A DNA stretch of 64,000 nucleotides, taken from assembly GCA_951406725.2 (NCBI GenBank), contig OX597822.1, positions 38,316,001 to 38,380,000 on the forward strand. Direction: 5' to 3'. Positions 1-14,490 of this stretch are shown here, one piece after another. The notes beneath the pieces are model-generated. The model saw nothing but the letters and a program-made list of their open reading frames with translations. It was not told the origin of the DNA and ran no database searches. Source of the stretch: Octopus vulgaris (Eukaryota). Position 1 is the first letter of the stretch. The number at the start of each line of letters is the position of its first letter. The position numbers and the translations under genes are program-made.

Positions 1-246
1 CTACATATCAATATATAACATCAAATTAACTCTATTTTAATTGTTGATTAAACCTTAATTGCTTCACTGAACCCTCAAATATTTTCACATATAAAATTAC
101 CCTATTTTAATTACTGATTTCGTTTTATAATTTCTACAGCCAGCCTTTGAATAATCTCACTGTTATCAAATGAATCCATTAGTTTTTAATTTCTTATTTT
201 AATTACCAAACTTATCAACTGTTCCAAAACCTATTCTTCTTTCCAG

Positions 247-333
247 GGTGCCAAATTACGTTCCCTTCCTCCCATCATGAGTTTTTCTCTGCTTCGATTC
301 AGTTATGATTTTGTTAAAATGCAACGCTTTAAG
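247..333 (+). CDS. USP40: USP40 exon (GAKLRSLPPIMSFSLLRFSYDFVKMQRFK)
   Basis: ttccag|...aag|gtgagt; USP-type LP..L...LLRF segment. Confidence 0.9.
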
Positions 334-3204
334 GTGAGTCACAGATTTTCATTTTTTGTTGGTTCGTTAAGTTCATTTGTTTCATTCTACTTTGTTGTTT
401 TTATCATCATCATCACAAGTCTCCTCCACTACCCCTCTTGATCTACTGTTCCTTAACCTCTTTTGCTCCTTGAGGATTTGTTCTGGCACTCCATCACTAT
501 CTTCTTCCTAGCTACTCCCTCTCACCCTTATCTAATGCAGAGTATCTTCTCTATAGCAAGACTCCTGTACTTGTTCCTTGCTTAACCCCCCTCCACCTTC
601 TTAAATATTTCTCCCAACACTTAGTGGAGGAGGCTTTTTCTCCTTTCTTGCCAGTGGCATGAGAAAAAGCAGCCAGTACACACTAAAATATTAGAGATTA
701 GAAAGGACATCCAGCCATAGAAACCATGCCAATGCTGGCATGAAATGTAATGTAGCTCTGTGGCTTGCCAGTTCCTGTCAAACTGTCCATGGAAAATAGA
801 CATTAAATGATGATTTCTATGCTGGTATAGATTGAACAGATCGACAAGGGCAAGCTAGAGGATTGCACCAAGCAATCTGCTTTGGCATGATTTTTATGAT
901 GCTAGGTCTTTTCATCCGGCGTCACTTTGTCCACATCTTTTCGTCTGACGTCTTTTTGTCTGATTTTTTTGTCCAATTTTAAATAAACTCTTTAGAAAAC
1001 AAGGTAAACATCAAAATCAAATAATCATTGAGAATTTTATTGATAGGATTTAAGTCAAATACTGTGGAAAAATGTATTTAAAAAAACAGTCAGCACTCTC
1101 TATACACCGCACCGTACTTAAGAGAGAGAGAAGGAAAAAAAGGAAGTAAAACTATTAGAACGATAACAACAATCTTATAACGAGGCTCGTTATAGTTCTG
1201 TGAATATATGAGATATTTCACCTTGTTTTCTAAAGAGTTGGACAAAAAAATCATTGGATGAAAAGGTGTGGACAAAATGACATTGAGCGTAAAGTCAAGT
1301 CACGGATTTTTATAGTTAGTACCCTTCCTAACATCAACCACTTTATAGAGTATAGTGGGTGCTTTTCACATTTGTATTTGTGTTTTTAAATCTGTGTTAT
1401 AACTTAGTATGGTTATGTTGTGTTTAAATATCTGGCATGAGTTACTATTGATTTTGTTGACTATTAACCTCATATTTTAGAGATGAAAATCTCATCCTCA
1501 TCCTCATTGCTCTATGTCCACTTCTTTCCATGGATTGGATGAAACTTTTTGAGATTATATTCCATGATTGGATAGCTCTCCTGGTGCTGACCATCACTTG
1601 TTTGTTTAAGTAAGGTACATTATTTGACAACTTCATACAAACTACTTCTTTGGGTGTAATGTAAACATTGTCACCACTAGCTGAACTGTTGGAAGACACA
1701 CACACACACACATGCATGCAACCACACACATGCATGCACCCACACACATACATATACACATGGTCTTTTGTACATTTTCTATCCACCATATTCACTCACA
1801 GGGCATTGGTCAACTTGAGGCTGTAGTGAAAGCTTGCCCAAGATGCCATGCAGTAGGACTGAACCCCTAACCATATTGTTACAAATCAACCAGAGAGCCT
1901 ACCTCTAATATTTATGTCTCCTCTATATTTCAATCAATTTAATCCTTGGTTGTTGAAGGTCTTCTTCTTAGACTTGTACCATAGTAAGGAATTAGATTCA
2001 AATTAGGAACCATTTTTTAACCCTTCACAAATGCTAACCATATTCTTATCTACCATGAAAAAAATGTTTGGTTTGTAAAAATATTCTGAAAAATTAAAAT
2101 TAAAAAAAAAAATTTTTTTTAACACGATTATTTTATTTCACTTCTATATATTTTTCTGGATCAATTTTTAAAATTTTGTCTCCCTCAGGAAACTGGCAAA
2201 TTCACTTTTCCGAAATTCATTGACATGTCAGCTTTTGTGGACTCAGTAAGTATCACATTCAACTTTGAATACAAGAATTAATTGACAATATCTTTTTTTA
2301 TGCACAATACAGATTGACAAATTGTCAGAACCTTGGATTGTCTTGCTATATTTGTTCCAATTCTTTACAGTTTGTTTTAAACCTCACAGAAATCAACTTT
2401 GCCTTTCATCCAAGATTGATAAAACAAAATTACTAGTCAATTACTGGGTTGATTTAATTAACTAACCCATCACCCAGTTTAAGGCCTTCTTCCTCAATTC
2501 TTCTCTTTCCCAAATTTGAGACCTCAAATCTATGTAAGAAATCCTTATTGCTATTATTAAGGTGGTGAGTTCACAGAATCATTAGCATTTTGGACAAAAT
2601 ACTTAGCAACATTCCTTCCGGCTTTATGTTCTGAGTTCAAATGCTACCAAGATTGATTTGGCCTTTCATCCTTTTGGGGTCAATGAAATAAGTGCCAGTT
2701 GAGCAGTGAGGTTTGGTGTAATTGACAAGCCCCATACCCCAAAATTTCAGGCCTTTATAAAGGATGATTATCATTATTATGATTTATTATTATTATTATT
2801 ATTAAGGCGGTGAATTGATAGAATAGTTAGCATGCCTGGCAAGATGCTTAGCAGCATTTTGTCCGTCTTTACGTTCTGAGTTCAAATTCCACCAAAGTTG
2901 ACTTTGCCTTTCTTCCTTTCGGGGTTGATAAATTAAGTATCAGTGAAACATTGGGGTCAATGTAATCGACTAGTCCCTTCCCTAAAAATTTCAGTCCTTG
3001 TGCCTTTAGTAGAAAAGATTATTATTGTTATTAGGTTCTGCTGTTTGGTTCTGAGTTCAAATTCCGCCAAGGTCGACTTTGCCTTTCACCCTTTCGGGAT
3101 CGATAAATTAAGTACCAGTTCATTGGGGTCGATGTAATCGACTTAATCCATTTGTCTGTCCTTGTTTGTCCTCTCTATGTTTAGCCCCTTGTGGGTAGTA
3201 AAGA

Positions 3205-3261
<57 letters not shown>

Positions 3262-3402
3262 GCAACAAGCTGGCAGAATCATTAGCACATAAGGCAAAAA
3301 TGTTTAGTGACATTCCTTTCAGCTTTATGTTCATGGTAGATAAAATTAGAACACTGGAATCCCCTGCCTAAAATTACCGACTTTTAGCCAAAATTTGAAG
3401 CC

Positions 3403-3438
<36 letters not shown>

Positions 3439-6400
3439 TTTCAGCCCTCCTCTGATGATAGTTCTGAATATGAACTGTTTTCCTTAGTTATTCATCGAGG
3501 CAGTACCCATGGTGGCCACTACCATGCTTATATCAAAGACATTGATGGGCTTGGTACTTGGACAGAAACGGTAAGTTCATTGCTAGATGTGTATGTGTGT
3601 GTTGGAGCTACTTCAGTGATCTTCTGAAACCCCTTCTCATGTTAATCTCACTAGGTAACCATGCTAGGCTGTTGTTGTTCCCCAGTAAGGTGAAGTCTAG
3701 GGTAATCAACCATTAAAGATGTGATTTTCTCCATTCTTATTCATGTTGTCATATATTCCAGATTTCTTGTAATTCTTCTATGCGATATTTTGATTTACTT
3801 GTCATTCTTCTTCTTCTCTTTGTGTCATGGCATATTCATGCCATTGACAAATCATGGCTTGTTCCTCCTCCATTTATTTCTGTCTCTCGCAACATCACCC
3901 TGGTCTTTCTCACTCTGCACGTTCATTCTCTTCTTCATCCAGTCGAACATCTTCATTCTCTGCCTTCCTCTCGCTCTCCTTCCCACCAGCTCAGTCTCCA
4001 CCATGTAATGCTCCATTCCGTCATCCTTTCTGAGAAAACGACCAACAACTCTGCATTGTCTCTCTCTGATAGTATCCGTTAATTGTCTTTTCATTTTCAT
4101 CTTCTTCAACACTTCCACATTAATGTCATTAATGAAGAATTACCTTGGATGTTAATTCTATTTGAATTTATTGGTATCTGATTGTTTGATATAGTTAACC
4201 AAGTTCAGTTCTATATTTGAGAGATGAGGAATTCATCATCATCATGTACATTGTTTCCATTTGACAGATATTTGTCTTCATCTTGTTTGTTGTTAATGTT
4301 TTGGTTGATATACTCTCCAGCCTTCAAGTTTTGAACTTGGGTTCTCATTCCTAAGGTATTTTTCGTTGTCGCCGCTGCCGTTGTTGTTGTTCAGGTCACT
4401 GTCTGGAATCGAACTTGGAATCTTGGAGTTATTAGCCCGCATATGGTGTAGTGGTTAAGAGCGCAGGCTACTAACCCCAAGATTCTGAGTTCGTTTCCAG
4501 GCAGTGACCTGAATAATAATAACATTGAAAAATACCTTAGGAATGAGAACCCAGGTTCGAAACTTTCCCAGGACACCTGAAGAAGGCTGGAGAGTATATC
4601 AACCAAAACTTTGGGTTAACAATAAACCAGATGGGGACAAATATCTGTCAAATGTAAATAATTAACCAAGTTCATTTAACACAGTGCTTTTTTGATACCT
4701 GCCTGGATTTATTAATCTCTTTTACCTATTGTTATATGTATGTATATATTTATTTTATACATTTGTAGTGTAAGGAGGTTGTGGTTCATCAGTCCTCTTC
4801 TAGTCCAGCCCTGGTTAGTACCAAACAGAAAGATGTTAATTATCAAGGGCTATTTAACTCCCACAAAGCTGAAGGACCTGCTTTAATGTTGATGAACATA
4901 TTGTTGAAGGCTGACAATCATACCCTACCAGTTGATAAACTCTGTATGGTAAGTTTCCTTTATCTAACACACATATTACTAACATGCTCTATTATTATTA
5001 TTATTATTATTATAGAGATTCTTGTTGGCAGTGGATTGAACAGTTTACTGTGGAGTTTGATAGACGTATCAGTCTTTATAAAAGCTCTTCATTCCAGTAT
5101 CCACTCCATATACCTCTAACTACACGAACACACACACACTCTCTTTCTCTCCATATAAACCATTTGGTATCTATCCTATAAGACTCTCTGTAAACCATGC
5201 AATACTCACACTATATACCTCTGACATGAATATATATATAGATCAAATTTATGGAAACCAGAAGACAAAGACAGGTGAGGGAACAATGAGGCGTATTAGT
5301 TTGACTCTTGGATATATCATCATCATCGTCGTTTAATGTCCGCTTTCCATGCTGGCATGGGTTGGATGGTGTGATAGGAGCTGGCCAGGCAGAAAACTGC
5401 ACCAAACTTCTGTGTCTGTTTTGGCATCATGTTTATGGCTGGATGCCCTTCCTAACACCAACCACCCTGCAGAGTGGACTGAATGCTTTTTAAGTAGCAC
5501 CAGTCCAAGGAAGGTCAGTCTTGGCATGGCTTTTACAACTGGATGCCCTTCCAAATGTCAACCACTTTACAGTGTGAACTGGGTGCTTTTTATGTGTCAC
5601 CAGTATCTTTGAGAGGGGAGGTGGCATTGGAAGAGGTGATCTTGTGTCAGATAATGAAAGGTTAGAGTGTGACAGAGAGGCAATACATGTTAATGTTTAT
5701 TTTTATGATCAGTTATAATAAAAACAATTTTACATTAATCTGATGAGTTAGTCTGTACTTTTGTAGAGTACAAATATAAATTCTTAAGCAAGAACATTAT
5801 TGACAGTGACTTCGAAGTTTCAGCCAGCTAAACCATGTTGCTCTATGATCATTTCGACTTCTGACATGTGGCACACCTGTATGCCTGTACAAGCAATGTC
5901 AATTTGATGGATGGAGTGAGCTAATGTACAACACATACTATAAATATCATTTGTGCAGTTTGTCCAGCAAAGACCTAACATTTATACTTCATGTTTGATG
6001 GGAGATTCTGTCATTTATACAGTTCTGTATTTAAGAGATGAGGAATTATGTAAATTATTTACATTTTTACATTTGATGGATATTTGTTCTCATCTTGTTT
6101 GTTAACAATATTTTGGCTGATATACCCTCCAGCCTTCATCAGGTGTCTTGGGGAAATTCCGAACCTGGGTTCTCATTCCTAAGGTTTACAAATAATAAGT
6201 CCTGGGGTTGATTTGCTTGACTTAAGGTGGTGCTCCAGCATGGCTGCAGTTAAATGACTGAAACAATAAAAGATTATATATATATATGCACAAACACTTT
6301 ATATCTCTGTCATCCATTCATCTTTTCATTCCTTCTCTCCTTCCCTACATTATGTACCACTGACTATATAAGCTATCCAGTGCCTACACTGTATACATTA

Positions 6401-9400
6401 ACCACTGAATACCTAATCTGTACCCATAACTGTGCATATTATCTGTCGAAACCACTCTGAATTATTTTACAGATTTTTCTATTTCTCATCTTGTTTTTCT
6501 GTTACAGGAGTTTGTCAAATATTCAGGTGTTTCCTGGAACAAACATTTCAAGAAACAACATGGACCTATAACTCAGGTTTGTACACTATTTTCTCCCTCA
6601 CTCACTCACTCACAAAGGTATATATAACCAGGTGGAAATACATGTACATAGCTTATGCTGTTTTTTTAAAAAATTATTTTAGCATATTTAATATCATTTT
6701 CTTCAAATTTGAAGCTCTGGATGAGAGCTGTAGCAATAAAAGGAATCTTTATTATTTGGCAAAATCATTAGAGCATTGGACAAAATATCTCGGAGTATTT
6801 GTTCTGCCACTTTACATTCTGGGTTCAAATGTAACAGGGGTCAACTTTCTTTTATTCCTTTAAAGTTAATTAAATGTCAGTCAAAACTGAGCTCAATTTA
6901 GTCAGCTAAGCTTCCCACCACCACCACTACCACAATATCTATGTTAGAAATTAAAATTTTTTTCATTCTTGTTTTCAGTTCCTGCATTCCCATTCCGATA
7001 AGTTTGATTTCAATGCAGACAACACTTCTGTCTCCCTGGTCTCCAGCCCACTCTCAAGCAATGACTCACAATCTGAGTTTCTACAAACTAATGGATACAC
7101 AACCAGCTCCTCTGATTTCAGTGCCTCTCTACCCAAGAAGTCACAGTCAGCTGAGGGGACTCAGACTACACTGAACACCGGTCTTAGTTCCAATTCTGAG
7201 TAAGTGTCTATCATTACCATTTCCCTGCTACTGAGGACTGTGTGTATTGGTGGTGATACTGTCTAACCTCTAAATCAGCTCTGATCTAGCATGTATGTAT
7301 ATATATATATATATATATATATAATCACAAGGGTTCCAGTTATGATCGTTCCATTTTTGTATAACTAAAATTGATGTCTGGTGCCATATATAAAGTATGG
7401 GTGCTAGTGCCACATAAAAAGCAACAAATATATCCTGTAAAGTGGTTTGCATTAGGAAGGGCATCCAGCTGTAGAAACCATGTCAAAACAGACAATTGGA
7501 GCCTGGTGCAACCAGCTACTGTCAATCCGTCCAGTATATGCCAGCATGAAAAATGGATGTTAAATAATGATAATAAATTAGATAACTAAGTTATCTAATA
7601 TATTATTTTCAAAGGACTGTGTGTGATTTGGATGGAATTTTATTTGTAACAGGTTGAGCAACCATAAAGAGGTTGTGTGAGTTTGCTGACTTGTCTGTTT
7701 TATGTCTGTTTCTCAGTGTTAGCATGGGTTAGATGAATACATATTGAAGCATTGTTTCACTGCTAGATGCCCTTCTTGTTGCTAATCATTACCATTATGT
7801 TTATGTCTGTACACCTACCAGGCCCTGCACCCAATCTGTCTCCGTCAAGCTTTCCCCACATCTCATCTTCCCAACACCCATGCATTTATCACTCATAATA
7901 ATGGCATCATTCAGCTGCTGCAATCCTGTGACAGCAGAATCTGCACATATTTCATTCCCTTTGTGCAGCTACATACCTTCCCCCGCCTCCTTGGATCCAC
8001 TTGCTTTTAACATTCACTAGCGTTGCTCGGGCTTGTTTTCTTTTCGACCCTTTAGAATTGGAATTTTTGAAAAGTAAAAATTTTTGCATTATGTAGCTTG
8101 TTATTCTCTTTAAGTGAATATTTTTGAATTTTTTCTTCTACAGAAGGAAGAGCAAGCCTTCTTCTATCATACTCTCAATTTTGGTCAACTTGCGCCGCAG
8201 GGTCTTGGAGGAGATAGTGTTAGTTGAAGGTTACCAAACCTGCCATACACAGACAACTTCAGCTTCATATATATAGATTACTCATTCTCAGTATCATCGC
8301 TTCCCACTTTATTTTTCATTGATCACCTCTTTCTGTGTCTCCCAATATCTCTCTCTTCTCTGAACTACATCATATGACTGCCATACCTCATCTTCAACAC
8401 ACTTTCATATTTGCCATCACCTTCAACACCTTATATCCGCTGTCAGTGGCACTCACGTCTTTGTATGTCTGCGTGTGCATGTCAATGCGAATGTGCTCAT
8501 GCACGTGTATACTATGTGTATGTGTGTACATTTACTAACACTTATATATACCATCATTGTTTAGCGCTCTCTTTCCATGCTGGCATGGGTTGGACTGTTT
8601 GACATGGAGCAGTCCAGATTCTTATTATCTGTTGTGGCATGGTTTCTACGGCTGGATGCCCTTCCCAATGCCAACCACTTATGAGTGTGCTGGGTGGTTT
8701 TTACGTGCCACCAGCATGGGTTCATTTTTATGTGACACTGGCACCTGAAAGGACAATCCTGTATATGTGGAAGATAACGATTTTACTTAGCTTGATGTAT
8801 CTTATCAAGTACAGCAAACCGCCACATCTCCTGGTCCCTTGTCATTTCCTCATTGGGACCTAATATCTGAAGATCCTTTCTTACCACTTCATCCCATGTC
8901 TTCCTAGGTCTACTCCTTCTACAGGTACCCTCCACAATTAGAGCTCAGCACTTATTTTTTATACGCACACACTAACACATCATGTGATAGAGAAATATCT
9001 TTTTTTTTTTGTCAGTGTTTCACCCCCACAAGGACCAGAAGCTGCTGTACCTGATACCCCTGCTGTACCAACCAGGAAACCCTGCAGTGGTTGGTTTGAT
9101 TTTGATGACTCTGATGTGAGCCCCATCAATGAAGCTGACATTGAGAAACAGTTTATGGGTCGCGAAAGTGCTTATATGCTGTTTTACCGTAAAACCTCCC
9201 ACCGGCCACCCTCAGGTGAGTAGAATTATCAAATGATAGGGAGTAGGAAACATGTAACTCTAGTTGACTTGAAATTCTCTCCTGTGCTGTTTTACAACTT
9301 TTAACTATATTGATGTTTTCTCCTGCTTCTCTGTTGTCTTTTCTGGACATTTTTGTGTTTCTTCAAGTTCCTTTCCTTTAGTGTATCTGTGTATGTATTG

Positions 9401-12400
9401 AGGGGAGTTATGATGGATATAAAAGTACTGTTTTGGACTACTGACTGCAAATTCATCAATTCCAGCCTTAACCCTTTCATTACTATATTTATTTTGAAAT
9501 GCTCTGTGTTTCTTTCAATTACTTTAAATATAACAAAGAATTTAGTAGAATAACTTAGTTATCATTAAGCTGGTGTTAGAAACATAAATTGTGACTATGG
9601 TTTGGTGGAAGATTTTAATTCAAAACATATGAAAACAAGACATTTATACTCAGAGCCAGAGACAGTTTTAGCTGGGTTGGTAACAAAAAGGTTACAAAAT
9701 GTCATGTATTGTGTGTCTGTTTTGAAGTAATAATCTGTCCCTGTATTGTACTTGAACCCCTTGTCACCTGGCACAAAGCCACCCCACTCAGTTGAGAAGG
9801 GTCTTGTTTTGCAAGTTATTTAGCACCTTCACTTGTGCTGGTATCATATAAAAGCACCCATTTCACTCTATAAAATGGCTGGTGTTAGCAAGGGCCACTA
9901 ACCATAGAAACGATGCCAAAGCAGACATAAGAGCTTGGTGCAGTCCTTTGACTCACCCCCACCCTCTTAAACTGGCCAACCCATACCAGCATGGAAAACA
10001 AATGTTAAATGGTGATGATAGTTATGATGATGATAAATGAAAAATCTACCAAAACAGGTAATGAGTGCATTATATTTGTTATTATCATTGTTTTACTGCT
10101 ATTTTCCTTGCTGGCACGACTTGAACTGGTCTGTCACAGAACAGCATTTTGCTACATGCTATTGCTCTTTGCCGTCCAATGCACGCATACAGGACATCTG
10201 TCAGTCAAATCCAATCATGTATCTACACATATGTACAGGGTTGGGCTGGAGGTTTTGGGAGAAATGTTGCAATTGCTTATGCTTGCAATTTTCTCCTCTC
10301 CATATCACTGTTATTTGAGGGAAAGGTCACCAACTTGGACTGCCACGACTTGGTACCAGTGTCATTACCAATGTCTCAAGGTATCTGTCATTGCTAGCCT
10401 CAAGGCTTCTTGCCCAACTTGCTAATTCTGCCACTCTATCACTTTCCTTGAAGGGGGTCAATAAAAATGCACCAAACCAATGATCTTGGTGGGATTTGAA
10501 CTCAGAACAGTTGGAACAAATTTCTGCAAAATATTCAGGCATTCTACCCACTGCTCTAACAACTATACCAATTTTTTGCCTTGCCATATTTCTTGGTATA
10601 CAAGTAAAATATCAGGTCAAAATTTACACCAAAAAATAGTATGTTGACTAATACACCAAGCTGACTTTGCAGGGTCACAAATTCCGTGTGAAACGCAAGA
10701 TTTGGAAAGATGATAACCATGTTGGAATGTTTACACAACATAGTACATCAACTAGTATACTGGGAAATAGGGTAATATGCAGCAACAAAGAAAACTAACA
10801 GTGTTTCTTGTTATTGATGTGTTTCTTCATAATAGTTTTGCGGTGATCTTAAATCTGTGAACTAATTCATCTTTATATTATTATTATTGGTTGTCAGCTT
10901 GGAGCAACCCTGCTTACAAGGTTCCTGGTTATTTACTGCAGAAGGCATTGCTCGATAATAAAAACATTGAAAAGGAAAGGTAAATCTGTATTTTCTGTTC
11001 TTTGATTTGGTTAAGAAACTGGGGTTTATTATCTTCTCCACCATTGATTAATATTCTCTGTAAACTAACCATGGTTTATTTTAGCAAAAAATAAACTTGT
11101 GTACCATGAGAAGTGAGTTTCAGGTTGAGCTTGACGGGGCTGAGCTACAGACAATGTAACTGTAGTAGTTCTAATTTTACAACCACCCCAGAAAGGGTTT
11201 GTTATCTGCACATAATTCTGCTTGCATCAGTTTCCCTGACTGACAAAATTAATGTACCACTTTGTACTGCAGGGTCGAGAAGTGTCATCATTTTTAGTTC
11301 TTTTTTATTTTTCTTCCATATCTCTGAATTGGGAGAAGTTGCCACAGGCCAGGTCATGTCTTATTCAGAGTAGCACATCCTAGCCATACAAGATGAATGT
11401 TATTTAACAATTTGTGTATGTGTACATATATGATCTGTCTCATGCTGGCATGGGTTGATATATAGGCAGATGCAAGCACATACTCCTCTCATCTTATGCT
11501 TACTTGACATGCTAATGTAGGTTGTCTGGAAAGCATCCATTTGAGGATGCTGTTCATGGAGTCTGTGTGGAATTGGTGTGTTGTATAGGTTGGGAGTGGA
11601 TGACACATGGTTAGGAAATGTTAGTTACATATCAGAGTTAAGTTGATGTAGGCTAAAATTTGGCACAAAAGTTATCTTCCATAAGTGCTAGCTTTGATGT
11701 CCCAGTCACTGTTTGCTACATACAGTGATGAGGTAAAGTTTAATTGTAGAAATAAACAACTGATGTTATAGTTAGGTTTTGCTTCAGTATTTATTCTTTC
11801 TTTTTACTTGTTTCAGTCATTTGACATGCGGCCATGCTGGAGCCACACCTTTAGTCGAGCAAATCGACCCCAGAGCTTATTCTTTGTAAGCTTAATACTT
11901 ATTCTATCGGTCTCTTTTGCTGAACCGCTAAATTATGGGGATGTAAACACACCAGCATCGGTTGTCAAGCGATATTGGGGAGACAAACATTTACACACAC
12001 ACACACATACGATGGGCTTCTTCCATTTTCCATCTACCAAATCCACTCACAAGGCTTTGGTCGACCCGAGGCTATAGTAGAAGACACTTGCCCAAGGTGC
12101 CACGCAGTACGACTGAATCCATGACCATGTAGTTGGGAAGCAAGCTACTTACTACAGTCACTCCTGTGCCTATAATGCTGAATATTATGTACTTGTTTTT
12201 TTGTCTGAATCTGATTGTTTATTTACCTTTCTCTTTATAGGTTGACCTATGATAGCTCTATACACCAAATAGCTTTACAGATCCACTACTCCTGTTACTA
12301 CGAGTACCGAGACGGAGCACTTCATCCTTGTGAAAACCATCAACCTTTCCAGTCCCTGGTCATGGATAAACGGAAAACTGTGGCTGAATTGAAGGCTGCT

Positions 12401-14442
12401 GTGACAGACGTATGTCAATAAGTATGGTATTGCGTGATGGTTAGAGGTGGTGTGTATGGTAGTTGGTGTGGCTGGTGGGCCAGTGATGGTATGATGTGGT
12501 TTTTCGGTGGAAGAGTTGCATCAGTTGGCATGGAGTGATGATGGGTTGGAAGTAGAGGGTGCAGTGGGAGGGTTGCAGATGGTGTTGTATGTTGTGTTTT
12601 GGGAAGATAGGTTGGGCAGATATATTGGGAATGATATATAGAAAGAGTAGAGACTGACTAATGGGTTAATAGATGATGTGATGTTTTGGGAAGGGCAGAT
12701 GGTGACAAGATGTTTTGAGGACAGAAGAAAAGGGAGGGTGTGGTAATGAGGTGATATGTTGTTTTGAGAGGCAGGGAGATGGAAAGTTAGATGGTATATT
12801 ATTTTGGGAGAGAGGGGCGATGGAAGATCAGATGATGACCAGATGGTGTGATGTTTTCAGAGGGCAGGAAATAGAATAACATGTAACTATATAGTTTTGT
12901 TTCTAATAGGTTTTAAGATGCCATGTGTAATTGTCTTGTATTAAAATTTATAGCTTTTGAATGGGTGCATGATGATGATGGGTGTACTTTTATTAGTCTT
13001 GTTCCTTTATGATATATCTTAATTATAATTTGGGCTTCATTTATTATTGCAATTATTAGTCCAATCTGTAAAGTGGTTGGTGTTAGGAAGAGCATCCAGC
13101 TGTAAAAACCACGCCAAAACTGACAGTGAAGCCTGGTGCAGTCTTCTGCTTGGCCAGCCCCTGTCAAACCGTCCAACTCATGCCAGCATGGAAAATGGAC
13201 ATTAAATGATGATGGTGAATGATGGTTATTGTCATTAAAGATGGTGGATGGTAGAATTAGGAAAATGTTGGACATGATATCTTGTGGTGATACAGTCATA
13301 TCCCGTTTTATTCTGATTTCAAACCCTACTGAGGTTCACTTTATCTTTCTCTGGTGAATAAAGTCAACATCAGTTGAGGAACCAACTGATGTTGACTTTA
13401 TTCACCACAGAAAGATGGTGTTCCTCAATAATATTGTTGTTGACTCTGCTGATGATGTCTATATTGTATAAATTGCAGTTGGATCAGAAGGCTGTCCAAG
13501 GACCAGACATACATATTCATCGACTGAAGAAGCTTGTGGCTGGCTGTCATTTGTATGAACATTTATCTGGTAAGTGACAGGTCTCTGCTCCCTACCTGCA
13601 CATTTTTCACCTTCCACATTTGTATTTCCTCTCTTTTCTTCTTACTTTCTTTGTCATGCGGAGATCAATTTTTCTGTCATGGCAACAGCCAGAAAGGTAA
13701 AGTTGCTAGTGATAGAAAAATAGAAATAAAATGTAATTAAATTTAAGATTATCCATTATAGTTAGCTACTCGTCCCGCACGTTCTGCTTACAGAAAGATA
13801 TACAATATTTCTCTATGTTCTGATTTCAAATTGTGTCATAGTCAAGTTTTCTTTTCATCCTTTCATGGTTGATAACAATTCTAGTCAACGAAGACCCTTC
13901 TCTCAAAACAGTTGGTCTTTCACCAAAATCAGAAACCATTATTTGAAGTTGCTTGGTCTAGTGGTTAGTGTGTTGTACTTGGGATCTTAAGGTCACAGGT
14001 TCGATTCCTAGATCAGACTGTGTTCATGTATTTGAACAATGTTTATCATTTCACATTGTTCAGGATTACTCACCTTTGTGTTGGTGCAGCTTACTCTCCA
14101 TCTAGCTGTCACATCCTTGATGTTTCAATAGGAAGGCCAAGATGGTGCCAATCTTCTCACACTTAGATTGGCAACTAAAGCTACTCAGTCACGTTCACTT
14201 GTGATTAATAGTTAAGCATTAATATTATTAAGGCATTGAGCTGGCAGAATTGTTTGCCTGTCAAACAAAATGCTTAGTGGTATTTCTTCTGGCTCTTTAC
14301 AGTCTGAGCTCAAATCCCGTTAAGTCAACTTAGCTTTTCATCCCTTCAAGGTAAGATAAAGTACTAGTCAAGTACTAGGATCCATGTAACTGACTAACCC
14401 CATCACCCCTAAAATTGCTGGCCCTATGCCAAAATTTGAAAC

Positions 14443-14490
<48 letters not shown>

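Noticed and set aside
4439-4510. Functional tRNA gene
   Set aside because: No proper acceptor stem; embedded in a multi-copy element, so a SINE-type head. The same applies to 33082, 42853, 61637 and 63901.
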